From Prochlorococcaceae cyanobacterium (GTDB taxonomy: Bacteria > Cyanobacteriota > Cyanobacteriia > PCC-6307 > Cyanobiaceae): a stretch of DNA of 61,488 bases. Positions 20,598 through 30,250 of this stretch are shown here, in pieces. Where the stretch lies: positions 1 to 61,488 of the forward strand of contig JBMSMG010000001.1 in NCBI GenBank assembly GCA_049421025.1. Direction: 5' to 3'. Position numbers and translations under genes: made by a program. The notes beneath the pieces are model-generated. The model saw nothing but the letters and a program-made list of their open reading frames with translations. It searched no databases and was not told where the DNA came from. Numbering within the stretch: position 1 is the stretch's first letter; the number at the start of each line of letters is the position of its first letter.

Positions 20598-21764
20598 GTG
20601 TCGGGCTGGCTGCTGATCCTGGCGCTCTTGCTGCTCGGGGGGGTGCTCTCAACCCTGGGCGATCGGCTGGGCAGCCGCGTCGGCAAGGCGCGGCTGAGCC
20701 TGATGGGCATGCGCCCCAGGCGTACCGCAGTGCTGATCACCGTGCTCACCGGCAGCCTGATCAGTGCGGTCTCGCTTGGTTTCATGCTGCTGGTGAGCGA
20801 ACGCTTGCGGGTGGGGCTGTTTCAGCTGGACCAGCTCGAAGAACGCCTGCAGCAAAGCCGCAGCGCCCTCGAGCGCAGCAAAGCCGAGCTGAGCCTCGCC
20901 GAGCAGCAACGCAACCAGGCCCGCCAGCGGGCCCAACGGCTGCGCCAGGAGCTCGCCCCCTTGCAGGCCCAGCGCACCCGCCTGGAGCGCGAGCGCGACC
21001 GGCTCAGCCAAGAGGTGAGCCAGCGCGACGCCGAAATTCAACGCAACCAAAGCGAACTGAGCCGGGTGCGGCAGCAGATCGCCAGCCGCACCCAAGAGCT
21101 CAAAGGGTTGGAGAACAACCTCATTGCGCTGCGACGCGGCGATGTGGTGATCAGCAGCGGTCAGCCACTGGCCACCGCCAAGGTGAAACTTGAGCGTCCG
21201 CAGCAAGCCACTGAGGCCATCACTGCGCTGCTGCAGCAAGCCAATCGCAACGCGTTTGCCCGCGTGCTGCCGGGCGAGCCAGCCACCCGGCAGATCCTGC
21301 TGGTGCCGCGCAACGACATCACCAAACTGGAAACGCTGCTCAAACAACCGGGCAGCTGGGTGGTCAGCATCCTGTCGGCCGCCAACGTGCTGCGCGGCGA
21401 ACGACAGGTGCTGGGTTTCCCTGACCTGCGCCCCAACCGCACCGTGGTGCGCGCTGGCGAGGTGCTAGCCGGCACCACCATCGAGGGTGATCTGCGCGAT
21501 CCCAACCAGATCGCCCGGCGGCTCAATTTGTTGCTGGCGGCCGCCTACGCACGCGCCCAGCGCCAGGGGACCCTTGTCGATGGCTTGCAATACGACCCCA
21601 CAAGGCTGAACCAACTGGTCCGCAGCCTCAGCGAGCGCCAGAGCGGCCAGGTCGTCCAACTCGAGGCCGTGAGCCTGGGCGATGCCGATACGCCCGATCC
21701 GATCACAGTGGATCTGCGCTGGGTCAACAGCGCCAGCCTGCCGGGTCAACCGCGGCGCTCTTGA
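20598..21764 (+). CDS. DUF3084-like membrane-anchored coiled-coil protein
   Basis: N-terminal TM helices (MSGWLLILALLLLGGVLSTLGDRLG...), then a long heptad-like Q/E/R/L-rich segment. This layout is common in cyanobacteria. GTG start. Confidence 0.65.
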   Translation: MSGWLLILALLLLGGVLSTLGDRLGSRVGKARLSLMGMRPRRTAVLITVLTGSLISAVSLGFMLLVSERLRVGLFQLDQLEERLQQSRSALERSKAELSLAEQQRNQARQRAQRLRQELAPLQAQRTRLERERDRLSQEVSQRDAEIQRNQSELSRVRQQIASRTQELKGLENNLIALRRGDVVISSGQPLATAKVKLERPQQATEAITALLQQANRNAFARVLPGEPATRQILLVPRNDITKLETLLKQPGSWVVSILSAANVLRGERQVLGFPDLRPNRTVVRAGEVLAGTTIEGDLRDPNQIARRLNLLLAAAYARAQRQGTLVDGLQYDPTRLNQLVRSLSERQSGQVVQLEAVSLGDADTPDPITVDLRWVNSASLPGQPRRS

Positions 21765-21776
21765 GGCAAAGCCCCC

Positions 21777-22214
21777 ATGACCGTTGCCACGAGCTGCCTG
21801 GCCGCGCTTGATCCTGGACGCAGCAAGTGCGGCCTGGTGCGCACCGATGCCCAGCAGCTGCGCATCGAAGAGGCCTGCATTGTCAGCCCAGCCGACGCCC
21901 TGGCATTGCTGGCGACATGGCAGCAGCAGGGGCTGCTGAGCAGCGTGGTGCTCGGCAATGGCACCGGCAGCCAGCAGTGGCGCACGAAACTGATCGAACT
22001 GGGTCTTGCCGTGGCGATGGTCGACGAGCGCGGCAGCACCCTGGCGGCCCGTGGGCGCTACTGGCAGCTGTGGCCGCCCCGCGGTTGGCAGCGGCTGTTG
22101 CCGGCTGGCCTGCGCCTGCCGCCACGCGATCTCGATGATCTGGCCGCCCAACTGCTGCTCGAGCAGCAGCTGCAACGGCAACTGCCGCGCGGGCCGCTGG
22201 CCCTGGGCGCTTAA
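21777..22214 (+). CDS. YqgF/RuvX-like RNase H-fold nuclease (resolvase-like)
   Basis: ALDPGRSKCGL (cf. LGLDxGxKRIGVA), VVLGNGTGS and VDERGSTLAAR (cf. DERLST..A) match the block order of YqgF/RuvX. Confidence 0.6.
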   Translation: MTVATSCLAALDPGRSKCGLVRTDAQQLRIEEACIVSPADALALLATWQQQGLLSSVVLGNGTGSQQWRTKLIELGLAVAMVDERGSTLAARGRYWQLWPPRGWQRLLPAGLRLPPRDLDDLAAQLLLEQQLQRQLPRGPLALGA

Positions 22215-22468
22215 AAGCGGGCGCGCACCGTGAAGGCGTAATCGCCCCCTGGTTCGAGTTGGTAATCGGCCTTAAGCAAAAACCGCAACAGGGCGTCCTG
22301 TATCAAGGCCCGGCCCAGCGACGGTTCCACCTCAAGGGTGCCGCGATCAAAAGCCCAGCGAAAGGTCCAGTGGAATCCACCGGCGCTGACCTCACCCTCC
22401 ATGACGCGCTGGCTGAAGCTCTGATGCAGCACCCGCAATTGGGCCGTGGTGGCAGGCAGGCGGCTCAT
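22211..22468 (-). CDS. hypothetical protein (85 aa; DUF3146-like, tentative)
   Basis: Compact ATG ORF. Its stop overlaps the convergent gene by 4 nt, and the stop of pth overlaps its start (ATGA). No catalytic motif. Confidence 0.5.
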   Translation of the reverse strand: MSRLPATTAQLRVLHQSFSQRVMEGEVSAGGFHWTFRWAFDRGTLEVEPSLGRALIQDALLRFLLKADYQLEPGGDYAFTVRARF

Positions 22469-23118
22469 GCGGGCACAAAGCCATTGAGGCGATTACCGGC
22501 ACGCTCCAGGCCAAGCCGCTGAATCAAGGTGATGCCGGCCTCGACCTCGCTGAGCACCTGATCGAGCACTGCCTGCTCAGATGCCGCAAAACGGCCGAGC
22601 ACATGACCCACCGTGCGTGCCTTGCGCTCGGCCGGATTGTCGGCAGGGGCGCCGATGCCGATGCGCAATCGAGCAAAGTCCTGCGTACCCAAGTGGCTGA
22701 TGGTCGAGCGCAATCCGTTGTGGCCGCCAGCACTGCCCGAGGCGCGCAGGCGCAATTTGCCCAGCGGCAGATCCATGTCATCGACCACAACCAGCAATTG
22801 ATCGGGCTTGAGATCAAACCAATCAAGTGCCGCCCGAATCGAGCGGCCGCTGTCGTTCATGTAGGTCTGAGGCATGAGCAACCGCAGCCGCTGCTCACCC
22901 ACCCCCACCTCGGCCAGCAGACCATGCAGCCGCGCCTGATTGCGAAAGCCAGCACCTGAGCGGCTCGCCAGGCGCTCTAAGGCCATGAAGCCAACGTTGT
23001 GGCGCGTTTGCCTGTACTGATCGCCTGGATTACCGAGGCCGACCACCAGCTTCAGGTCAAAGCCTGAACCAAGCCTTGAGGGCTCAGACGCCTGGAGCAC
23101 TGCCCGAACCGGCGGCAT
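22465..23118 (-). CDS. pth: peptidyl-tRNA hydrolase
   Basis: LVVGLGNPGDQYRQTRHNVGFMAL, ...MNDSGRS..., ...DDMDLPLGKLRLR..GS.GGHNGL. ATG(23118) overlaps the tatA 3' end by 35 nt, so the true start may be further in. Confidence 0.9.
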   Translation of the reverse strand: MPPVRAVLQASEPSRLGSGFDLKLVVGLGNPGDQYRQTRHNVGFMALERLASRSGAGFRNQARLHGLLAEVGVGEQRLRLLMPQTYMNDSGRSIRAALDWFDLKPDQLLVVVDDMDLPLGKLRLRASGSAGGHNGLRSTISHLGTQDFARLRIGIGAPADNPAERKARTVGHVLGRFAASEQAVLDQVLSEVEAGITLIQRLGLERAGNRLNGFVPA

Positions 23119-23395
23119 CGTTCGACGCCGTCACTGCTGCTTCGCCGGCAGATGCAGCAGCATCGGCTGAAGCGTCCAGGGCTGCGGGCGCCTGGGCAGC
23201 AGCGCTCTCGCTGCTGCTGCTCTCGGCGATGGCACTACGAAATTCCTTCTCAAAGTCCTGAGAAGCGCTCTGAAAACCTTTGAGCGTGCGTCCCAAGGTC
23301 TTGCCCAACTCGGGCAACCGCTTGGGGCCAAACACCAGAAGACCAATGGCGGCAATCACCGCCATCTCTGGCAAACCGATCCCGAAGATGTTCAT
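23084..23395 (-). CDS. tatA: Sec-independent (Tat) translocase subunit TatA/E
   Basis: MNIFGIGLPEMAVIAAIGLLVFGPKRLPELGKTLGRTLKGFQ is a textbook TatA N-terminus. The tail is Ala/Ser-rich. Confidence 0.85.
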   Translation of the reverse strand: MNIFGIGLPEMAVIAAIGLLVFGPKRLPELGKTLGRTLKGFQSASQDFEKEFRSAIAESSSSESAAAQAPAALDASADAAASAGEAAVTASNDAAGSGSAPGV

Positions 23396-23420
23396 GGCGG
23401 GCGGCCGGCTGAAGAAGGAA

Positions 23421-23621
23421 TCAGCCGATGCCGTTCCAGTTGACGTTGATGCCTTCGAGCAGCAGCGACTTGTTGTACAGCTGCAGGATCACCAGCAGGA
23501 ACACCAGAAACAGCACCATGAAGATGCCCATCACGGGTGTGGTGCCCCAGCCAGGAACCACCTTGCCGTACTCAGAGTTCAAGGGGCGCAGCAGGTCTCC
23601 AAGACGGGTGCGTTGAGCCAT
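23421..23621 (-). CDS. psbH: photosystem II reaction-centre protein H
   Basis: [66 protein letters not shown] is full-length PsbH. Confidence 0.95.
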   Translation of the reverse strand: MAQRTRLGDLLRPLNSEYGKVVPGWGTTPVMGIFMVLFLVFLLVILQLYNKSLLLEGINVNWNGIG

Positions 23622-23726
23622 GGCGGCGGGGGCCTCTCGGGCAGTGAAGCGGTCTGGTTACTGTAAGGGCCTTGCCTGCCTTGGCGCGCCGGGCTGTCAA
23701 GCGTTGTGATGGAAGGCCTCGCCACC

Positions 23727-23876
23727 ATGGAACCCAGCAGCACCGGCTCACCTGCCCTCAGCGTCGCGATCGCCGTGCTGGTAGCCCTGCTGGGCCTCAC
23801 TGGCTTTGGGGTCTACACCGCCTTCGGCCCACCGTCCAAACAGCTCAGCGATCCCTTCGACGATCACGACGACTGA
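23727..23876 (+). CDS. psbN: photosystem II protein N
   Basis: Not in the ORF track (under 60 aa). Own translation: [49 protein letters not shown]. The [26 protein letters not shown] signature is present, and the gene is divergent from psbH as usual. An in-frame ATG at 23709 is an alternative start. Confidence 0.85.
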   Translation: MEPSSTGSPALSVAIAVLVALLGLTGFGVYTAFGPPSKQLSDPFDDHDD

Positions 23877-23888
23877 GGCAAGCGGCCC

Positions 23889-26867
23889 TTAGCGCCCAGC
23901 CGGGACGATCCGCCAACAACCGATCTGCCACGGCCGCAGCCAGTCGTCAGCCGCTGCACCGTCAAGGGGACGATCGAGCCCATCGAGGCGCCCCAGCAGC
24001 TGCCAGTTGGGCCCCAGATCCAGACGCTGGCGGCAGCTCGAGAGGTTCTGCACGGTGATCACGCCACGGCGCGCCCCCAGCAGCAGCAGATCAGGGCCCA
24101 GCGCCGGCAACGCCTCAAGCGCTGTTGCGCGGCGAGCGTGATCGGCGCCCAGGTGGTGCTCTAAGCGCAGCGGGCGGCACCACAGCGGCTCGCGAAACTG
24201 CACAGCCCGTTGCGGCAGACCCGCCAGCCGCCAGCCAGCGGGGCAGGGCATCAGCGCTAGCCGCAGGCGCTGCCAGCCGTTGTCAGCCGAGGGATCAGGC
24301 CAGGTGGGAGCGCGCAACAGCGACACCCCCAGCTGCTTCGGGCTCGCCGAAACACCCTGGGGGCCATCGAGCACAACGCCAAGGCCACCACCCGGGGCAG
24401 CGGCCTCAGAAGCAAGCCAACTGATCGCCGGCGCCTCCCAACGGGCCTGTTCACGGGCGGTGAACGGTTGCGCCGGCCGCTCGATCACACCGCCGCTGGT
24501 GTCGCTGGCCCAGCGGCAGGCGTCTTGAGCCAGCGGCAACTCAAAACGCAGCAGTTCATGCTGCTGCCGCCAGTCGATGCTGAACAGCAGCTCAAGCCAT
24601 GGACTGGCGGCCTGCAGACGCGCATCGAGCCGCAGGGCGGAGCTGCCCAGGCGGCCGCGCCAGCTCACCTGAACACACAAGGGGCCTTGCTCAATCCAGG
24701 CGATGGTGCGTTGCCACGCAATGGGGCGTGGCTGGGCTGCGTAGTCAGCTGCCAGATCCCAGGCATCCCAGAACTCACCGGCATCGCGGTAGCGCCGCAG
24801 CTGGGCCGGCGCCATCAGATAGGCGCGCCCTGCTGCATCGCTCAGCTGCTCAAGCCCGGACGGGCCGATCTCGGCGCTCAACAGCCCATTGCCGAGCCGC
24901 CAGCGACCGCCTGCAAGCTCCTGGCATTCGACTGGATGCACAAGCGCTGGTGCTGCAGGCTGTTTTGCCACCGCAGCACCCAGACGCTGCAGCGGTAGCG
25001 CCTGGATGCCAGAGAGCGCGGGCAGCTGCAACCAGCAGCCCCCAGCGGCAGCGCTTTGGGCAGGTAGCGCCGGGCCGTCATGACCAACAGCCCAAGCCCC
25101 CGCAGGCAGACGCACGCAACGGCCCTGGGTCTCAAGCGGCTGCAGTTGGGCCACCGCCCAGCAATCAGCCGAAGCAGCCAAAGGGGAAAGCCACTGCTGC
25201 AGCGCAGCATCGCGCTGAGCGCGGGCCTGCCGCCGCGCCGAGCGCCACTGCCCTTCGGCCTGCTCAAACACCTCAGGAATCGAGGTTCCCGGAAGGATGT
25301 CGTGAAATTGCTGAAACAGCAGGGGCTCCCAGTCAGGAACTCCCGCAGGGGGCTGTGCTGGATCGAGCTCGCCGCGACCGCTGCAGGCAGCGAGCATCTG
25401 GGCCAGCTCAGCCTCGCGCAGCAGCCGCTCCAGCGTGCGGTTGTGGCGCTTCTGGTCAGGCCGGCTGGTGGCGCAGCCGCGATGCAGCTCCAAATACAGC
25501 TCATCGCGCCACACCGGCAAAGCCGCTGCGCAGGGCTCAAGAGCGCTGAGGTACTGGCGCAGGCTGCCGTGGCGCTGCGGGGCCAGGGGCGCACCCCGCT
25601 CAGCCTGGGCCTGCCAGAGGGCGAGCTGCTCGAGCATTTCGGCGGTGGGGCCGCCGCCGTGATCGCCCACCCCAGGCAACCAGAGCGCATCAGCCAGGCC
25701 TGTGGCCTGCTGCCACTGCCGCCGGTAGCGCTCGATCGCGATCGGGTCGCCATCGGTGCCGATGGCGGCGGTCATCAGAGCCAGCACCTCGCTGCCGCAG
25801 CGGCTGCGCCAGCGAAACAGACGATGCGGAAACGGATTGGTGGCGTTCCAGGCGAGTTTGTGGGTGCAGAACCAACGCACCCCAGTGGCGCAGGCAATCG
25901 CCGGCAGACCCGCCGCAAAGCCAAACGAATCAGGCAACCAGGCCAGCTGATGGCTCAGCTGCGGGAAGGCGGCCTGGCTCCACTGCTGACCCAGTTGGAA
26001 CTGCCGCAGCAGCGAGCTTGTGCTGATCAGCACGCAATCGGTTTCCACCCAGGGACCGTTGATGGGTTCGAAACGGCCGCAGGCAACCGCAGCCTCAAGG
26101 CGAGCAAACAGCGCAGGCCTGTTGGCCTGCAACCAGGCATAGAGGGCTGGGGTCGAATGGGCGAAATGGAGCTCTTGGAAGCGCTCCATCAGATCAAGCA
26201 CCGATGCAAAGGTGCGCACGGCCGCCTCCCAGGTGTCGGCGACCGGCCACAGCCAGGCCAGATCCAAATGGGCATGGCCCAGCACATGCACCAAGCCGCG
26301 AGGCTGATCAGGCGGGACCGCAATGTCCTGCTCCAGCTGCCTGAGCTGTTGCCATTGGGGCTGCAGCAGCCCGTGAGGATCGTCTGGATCGAGGGGCTCA
26401 AGCTCCAGACGGCTCATCACCAAGGCGCCGTCGTCATGCCGCGGGCTGCGCAGCGTCAACTCAAGCTCAAGGCACTGGCCTTGCCACCAGCGCTCAGGCA
26501 GTTGCCAGCGGCAGGCGCTGTCAAACAGGTCGCCGCGGTGCACAACCGTGCCATCGACCCGCAGCTCGAGCGCCTCGGCCCACCAGCGCAGTGCCAGCCT
26601 GCCGCAGGCGCTACCAGCCAGCTGCTGCCAAGGCTCAGGGCAGCGCAGGGTCAGACGCAACACACGGCTGATGCCGCCGCGCGGCCAGATGATCAGACCG
26701 CGGGCGTGCCAATCGGGCCGGTGGCTAGCGCCCCAGGGATCGTCCAGCGCCGAACTCCAGTCGCCACAAGCGCTTTGCCACTGCCAGAGCGGCTGGAGCT
26801 CCAGGCAGAAAGATGACTGAATCGTTTCAATCCGCTCAGGCAATGGCACCTCGGGGGGCTCAGGCAT
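23889..26867 (-). CDS. glycoside hydrolase family 38 (alpha-mannosidase-like) protein
   Basis: 992 aa, with VHVLGHAHLDLAWLWP (GH38 metal/catalytic N-domain motif) and ...WLPDSFGF... further downstream. Confidence 0.8.
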   Translation of the reverse strand: MPEPPEVPLPERIETIQSSFCLELQPLWQWQSACGDWSSALDDPWGASHRPDWHARGLIIWPRGGISRVLRLTLRCPEPWQQLAGSACGRLALRWWAEALELRVDGTVVHRGDLFDSACRWQLPERWWQGQCLELELTLRSPRHDDGALVMSRLELEPLDPDDPHGLLQPQWQQLRQLEQDIAVPPDQPRGLVHVLGHAHLDLAWLWPVADTWEAAVRTFASVLDLMERFQELHFAHSTPALYAWLQANRPALFARLEAAVACGRFEPINGPWVETDCVLISTSSLLRQFQLGQQWSQAAFPQLSHQLAWLPDSFGFAAGLPAIACATGVRWFCTHKLAWNATNPFPHRLFRWRSRCGSEVLALMTAAIGTDGDPIAIERYRRQWQQATGLADALWLPGVGDHGGGPTAEMLEQLALWQAQAERGAPLAPQRHGSLRQYLSALEPCAAALPVWRDELYLELHRGCATSRPDQKRHNRTLERLLREAELAQMLAACSGRGELDPAQPPAGVPDWEPLLFQQFHDILPGTSIPEVFEQAEGQWRSARRQARAQRDAALQQWLSPLAASADCWAVAQLQPLETQGRCVRLPAGAWAVGHDGPALPAQSAAAGGCWLQLPALSGIQALPLQRLGAAVAKQPAAPALVHPVECQELAGGRWRLGNGLLSAEIGPSGLEQLSDAAGRAYLMAPAQLRRYRDAGEFWDAWDLAADYAAQPRPIAWQRTIAWIEQGPLCVQVSWRGRLGSSALRLDARLQAASPWLELLFSIDWRQQHELLRFELPLAQDACRWASDTSGGVIERPAQPFTAREQARWEAPAISWLASEAAAPGGGLGVVLDGPQGVSASPKQLGVSLLRAPTWPDPSADNGWQRLRLALMPCPAGWRLAGLPQRAVQFREPLWCRPLRLEHHLGADHARRATALEALPALGPDLLLLGARRGVITVQNLSSCRQRLDLGPNWQLLGRLDGLDRPLDGAAADDWLRPWQIGCWRIVPAGR

Positions 26868-26963
26868 CCTTTGATGGCCTGCCAGGACCCATAGGATGAT
26901 GGGCCATCTGGCTAGCTGATCGAAAGATCAGCACTCGCCCTAGCCCGACTCGCAAGCTCGACC

Positions 26964-27083
26964 ATGCTCGCCCTCAAAATCTCGGTTTATTCGGTCGTCT
27001 TCTTCTTCATCGGGATTTTCGTGTTCGGCTTCTTGGCCAGCGACCCCAGCCGCACACCGAGCCGCAAAGATCTCGAAGAGTGA
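26964..27083 (+). CDS. psbI: photosystem II reaction-centre protein I
   Basis: Not in the ORF track. Own translation: [39 protein letters not shown] (39 aa), close to the PsbI consensus. Confidence 0.92.
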   Translation: MLALKISVYSVVFFFIGIFVFGFLASDPSRTPSRKDLEE

Positions 27084-27136
27084 TCCCTGGGACACTTGCC
27101 GATCCGCGGCAACGCCGCTGATCCGCAGCAGGGTGC

Positions 27137-30100
27137 ATGGGAGGATCGGCCGATCTTGTGCCGACCGCCGAGCCTGTGCCGCGAAACCGATCCTTACGAT
27201 CGGCCTGTGCCGTAGCAGGTCTGGGCTCATTGCTGAGCGCCCTACCGGCCGCCATGGCGGCAGAGCCAGCGGGTCAAGACCAACAAACCGCCGAACCCAA
27301 GGTCGGCTCCTTGCAAGCACCAGCGGCCTCTGGGGCGCTCAAGCAGCAGCAGCCAAGCACCCCGGCCGCGACATCCCTGAGCAACGCACTGCCCGCCGAA
27401 GCCGAGCTGCCGCTTGAGCTCGAGCTCAGTGCGAACGCCCTGCGCTACGACGGCGTTCTCGGTCGTGTCATTGCCGAAGGCAATGTTCAAGCCTTGGTGG
27501 CCGGCGGCAGGCTCTTGGCCGATCGACTCGAATACGAAACCCGCAGCCGCACGGTCTATGCACGCGGCAGCGTGCGGCTGCAGCGCGGTCAGCAGTATCT
27601 GCAGGCCAGCCAACTGCGCTACAGCCTGCTCGAAGGGAGCGGTGAAGCCGATGACGTCTACGGCATTCTCGATCTCGACGGCAGCGACAGTGACTATCTG
27701 CTCAATCAACCGCCTTCACAGCCGCTCACTCCACCTGAGCCACTGAGCTGCACCCCGATTCTGCCGCCGATTCCCAATTGGCATCCCTACAACTGGGCCG
27801 TGACCGCCTGGGGCGGCCAAATGATCGACGCCAACTTTGGTGATTCGTTCTACTTCAAGGGGCGCTGGAGGCCGGAATATCTCGCCGGTGTTGGCCTCAA
27901 CAAGCGCATCGTCGACGGCGGGCCCTTTTCGCTTGAACTCGACGCCAACCTGCTGGCTCACCAGGCCTACCCCCAGGCAGGCGGGCAATACAACCAGGCT
28001 GTTCCCTACGCGTCGGTACCAGGCCAGACCTTTGGCGAAGGAACGCTTGGCATCGGCCTCAGGATCTGGATGCAGCCCTGGCTGAGCGTGTTTCTGGTCG
28101 AAGGGGTGAGTTACACCACCGATGTCAGCAACTACGAGCGGACCTTCCGCAGCCGGTATTCGCAATTTCTCAATTACCTCGCCTTTGAAATTGAAGCGCT
28201 GATCAACCCGCGCTGGTCAGTGGTGGGAAGGCTGCATCACCGCTCCGGCGCCTACGGGGTTTACAGCGGTGTGCGTGAAGGCAGTAACGGCTACCTGGTC
28301 GGCCTGCGATATCGCTTTGGCGAGGGCAAACCAAGGCGCGCTGCACCCGCCATGCCACCAGCCCAGGGCTGCCCTGATGCACCAGCGCCAAGCAGTGCAG
28401 CTGAAAGCAGCATGACCGCAGCACTTGGCCGTGCAGCCAATCAGCAGCAGCAACCGGATGGCACAACCCCAGCTGCAACCCAGCCAGCTGCGGGCGCTGA
28501 AGCCCAAGCGGGCACCAGCACAACCAAGCGGCAGGGCCTCTGGCAGCAAGCCCGCGCGCAAGAAAAAGCTCGCCAGGAAGCGATCAGCCGCATTCAGCAA
28601 CGGGTCAGCGATGTGAAGCTGCAGCAATCGCTGCGGCTCGAGCGCCGCTTCGGCTTCGACGATCGCGAGACCACCTCCAACACCGCCAACGTTTACGGCG
28701 GCATCGTCCCTGAGCAGCTCAAAAGCCTCAACACGACAGCCAACATGAAGGCCGTCGATGGCGGCATCAGCCGCTGGCGCATCCAGGCACGCTCGATCAA
28801 GCTCAGCGCCACCGGTTGGAGCGCCTCAAGGGTTGGCATGACCAACGACCCCTTCACCCCAGCGCAATCGTGGCTTGAAGCCGTCGGTGTTCAGGTCGGC
28901 GTCAACGCCAAAGGCGACACAGTCATCTCAGCGCGCAGCACGCGCATCTTGCTTGAAGAGCGGCTGCCGCTTCCCGGCAGGCAGCGGCAAAGGCTGCGCA
29001 AGAACCAAGTCGACACACCTGTCGTGTTGGGCTTTGACCAGCGCGACCGTGACGGGGTGTTTGTCGGCTACGAAGCCAAACCGATCACCATCGGCAAGAC
29101 AGGGAGTCTGCGGCTGCAGCCCCAGTTCATGCTGCAGCGCACCATCGACGGTGTGACCAACAGCTATCCCCTGCCCGGCTCCCCACCAGGCAGCGCTGGG
29201 GTGCAGCAGAGCGTCAAAACCGGCGATCAGTTTGGCCTCTTGGCCCGCTGGAGCGATAGCCGCTGGGGCTTCAAGAGCCAGGCGACCCTCGACATGTCGA
29301 CGTTCAATCCCGACAACTTCGCAAGCGGCACCCGCAGCTGGGGCGACATTGCCCGCAACGTCAAGTTGCCGCTGCTTGGCGAGAGCACAGCGCGGCTCTT
29401 CGGGGCCTACCGCTTCCGCGCCTGGAACGGCTCTCTGGGCGAGCAAGACGTCTACTCCGCCTATGGCATCTCCCTGGAAGACGAAGGCAAACTGCCCGAC
29501 TGGGGCAAGGTGCAGAACCTCTTCTATTGGCGCGTTGGCCTAGGCAATTTCCGGGCCTGCAGCACCGATTGCCCGACCAACAACAGCACTGGGACTGCAG
29601 CCATTCCCAACCTTGCCGATTTTTGGCGCGGCAACGCCATTGCTTCGCTGACCAGTTCGTTCCCGCTGTGGACTGGCAAACCGCTGGCGCTCACCGCGGA
29701 TCAGGCCTTCCAGAACTCACCAGTGCCGATCGTGCCTGGGCTCAAATTTGACACCAACATCACCGGTGCCTTGGCTTACTACGACGATGGCCAATACCAG
29801 AACACCCTGGCGTTCTCGGCTGGCCCGGTGATCACCCTGGGGCATTTCAGCAAGCCGTTCCTGGACTACACCCAGTTCGCTGTCACCGGCGGCATCACGC
29901 TGCGCTCTGGTCTTAGCCCGTTGAGCTTCGATCGCGCCGTTGATCTGGGAACCCTCAATTTTGGCCTGACCCAGCAGATTGCCGGACCAATGCTGTTGAG
30001 CGTGGGCTATGGCGTCAACGTTGACCCTGCCTCAGGCAACTACGGCGAGACCACCGGCTCCTACGTCGAACTGCGCTGGCAGCGCCGCTCCTATGACATT

Positions 30101-30235
30101 GGCATCTACTACAGCCCCTACGAAGGCCTAGGCGGCATCCGCGTGCGGCTGAACGACTTCACCTACAAGGGCAGCGGTGTTCCCTTTGTGCCGTACCACC
30201 CATCGCGGGCAGGCCTCAAGCAACGGCCTTTCTGA
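27137..30235 (+). CDS. LptD/OstA-like outer-membrane protein (cyanobacterial long form)
   Basis: Signal-peptide-like LRSACAVAGLGSLLSALPAAMA/AEP. The OstA/LptA-like N-domain reads ANALRYDGVLGRVIAEGNVQALVAGGRLLADRLEYETRSRTVYARGSVRLQRGQQYLQASQLRYSL. There is a Q/A/P-rich linker and a long aromatic/Gly-rich beta-barrel-like C-part ending in Phe. The start could be GTG(27176). Confidence 0.65.
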   Translation: MGGSADLVPTAEPVPRNRSLRSACAVAGLGSLLSALPAAMAAEPAGQDQQTAEPKVGSLQAPAASGALKQQQPSTPAATSLSNALPAEAELPLELELSANALRYDGVLGRVIAEGNVQALVAGGRLLADRLEYETRSRTVYARGSVRLQRGQQYLQASQLRYSLLEGSGEADDVYGILDLDGSDSDYLLNQPPSQPLTPPEPLSCTPILPPIPNWHPYNWAVTAWGGQMIDANFGDSFYFKGRWRPEYLAGVGLNKRIVDGGPFSLELDANLLAHQAYPQAGGQYNQAVPYASVPGQTFGEGTLGIGLRIWMQPWLSVFLVEGVSYTTDVSNYERTFRSRYSQFLNYLAFEIEALINPRWSVVGRLHHRSGAYGVYSGVREGSNGYLVGLRYRFGEGKPRRAAPAMPPAQGCPDAPAPSSAAESSMTAALGRAANQQQQPDGTTPAATQPAAGAEAQAGTSTTKRQGLWQQARAQEKARQEAISRIQQRVSDVKLQQSLRLERRFGFDDRETTSNTANVYGGIVPEQLKSLNTTANMKAVDGGISRWRIQARSIKLSATGWSASRVGMTNDPFTPAQSWLEAVGVQVGVNAKGDTVISARSTRILLEERLPLPGRQRQRLRKNQVDTPVVLGFDQRDRDGVFVGYEAKPITIGKTGSLRLQPQFMLQRTIDGVTNSYPLPGSPPGSAGVQQSVKTGDQFGLLARWSDSRWGFKSQATLDMSTFNPDNFASGTRSWGDIARNVKLPLLGESTARLFGAYRFRAWNGSLGEQDVYSAYGISLEDEGKLPDWGKVQNLFYWRVGLGNFRACSTDCPTNNSTGTAAIPNLADFWRGNAIASLTSSFPLWTGKPLALTADQAFQNSPVPIVPGLKFDTNITGALAYYDDGQYQNTLAFSAGPVITLGHFSKPFLDYTQFAVTGGITLRSGLSPLSFDRAVDLGTLNFGLTQQIAGPMLLSVGYGVNVDPASGNYGETTGSYVELRWQRRSYDIGIYYSPYEGLGGIRVRLNDFTYKGSGVPFVPYHPSRAGLKQRPF

Positions 30236-30250
30236 TGCTGGCCGCCTGTC

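Noticed and set aside
20507-20785. 92-aa minus-strand ORF spanning the ntcA-downstream repeat block and the 5' end of the DUF3084-like gene.
   Set aside because: It overlaps the well-supported membrane N-terminus of the plus-strand gene, and its composition is Ser/Pro/Arg-rich. It is likely an artefact.
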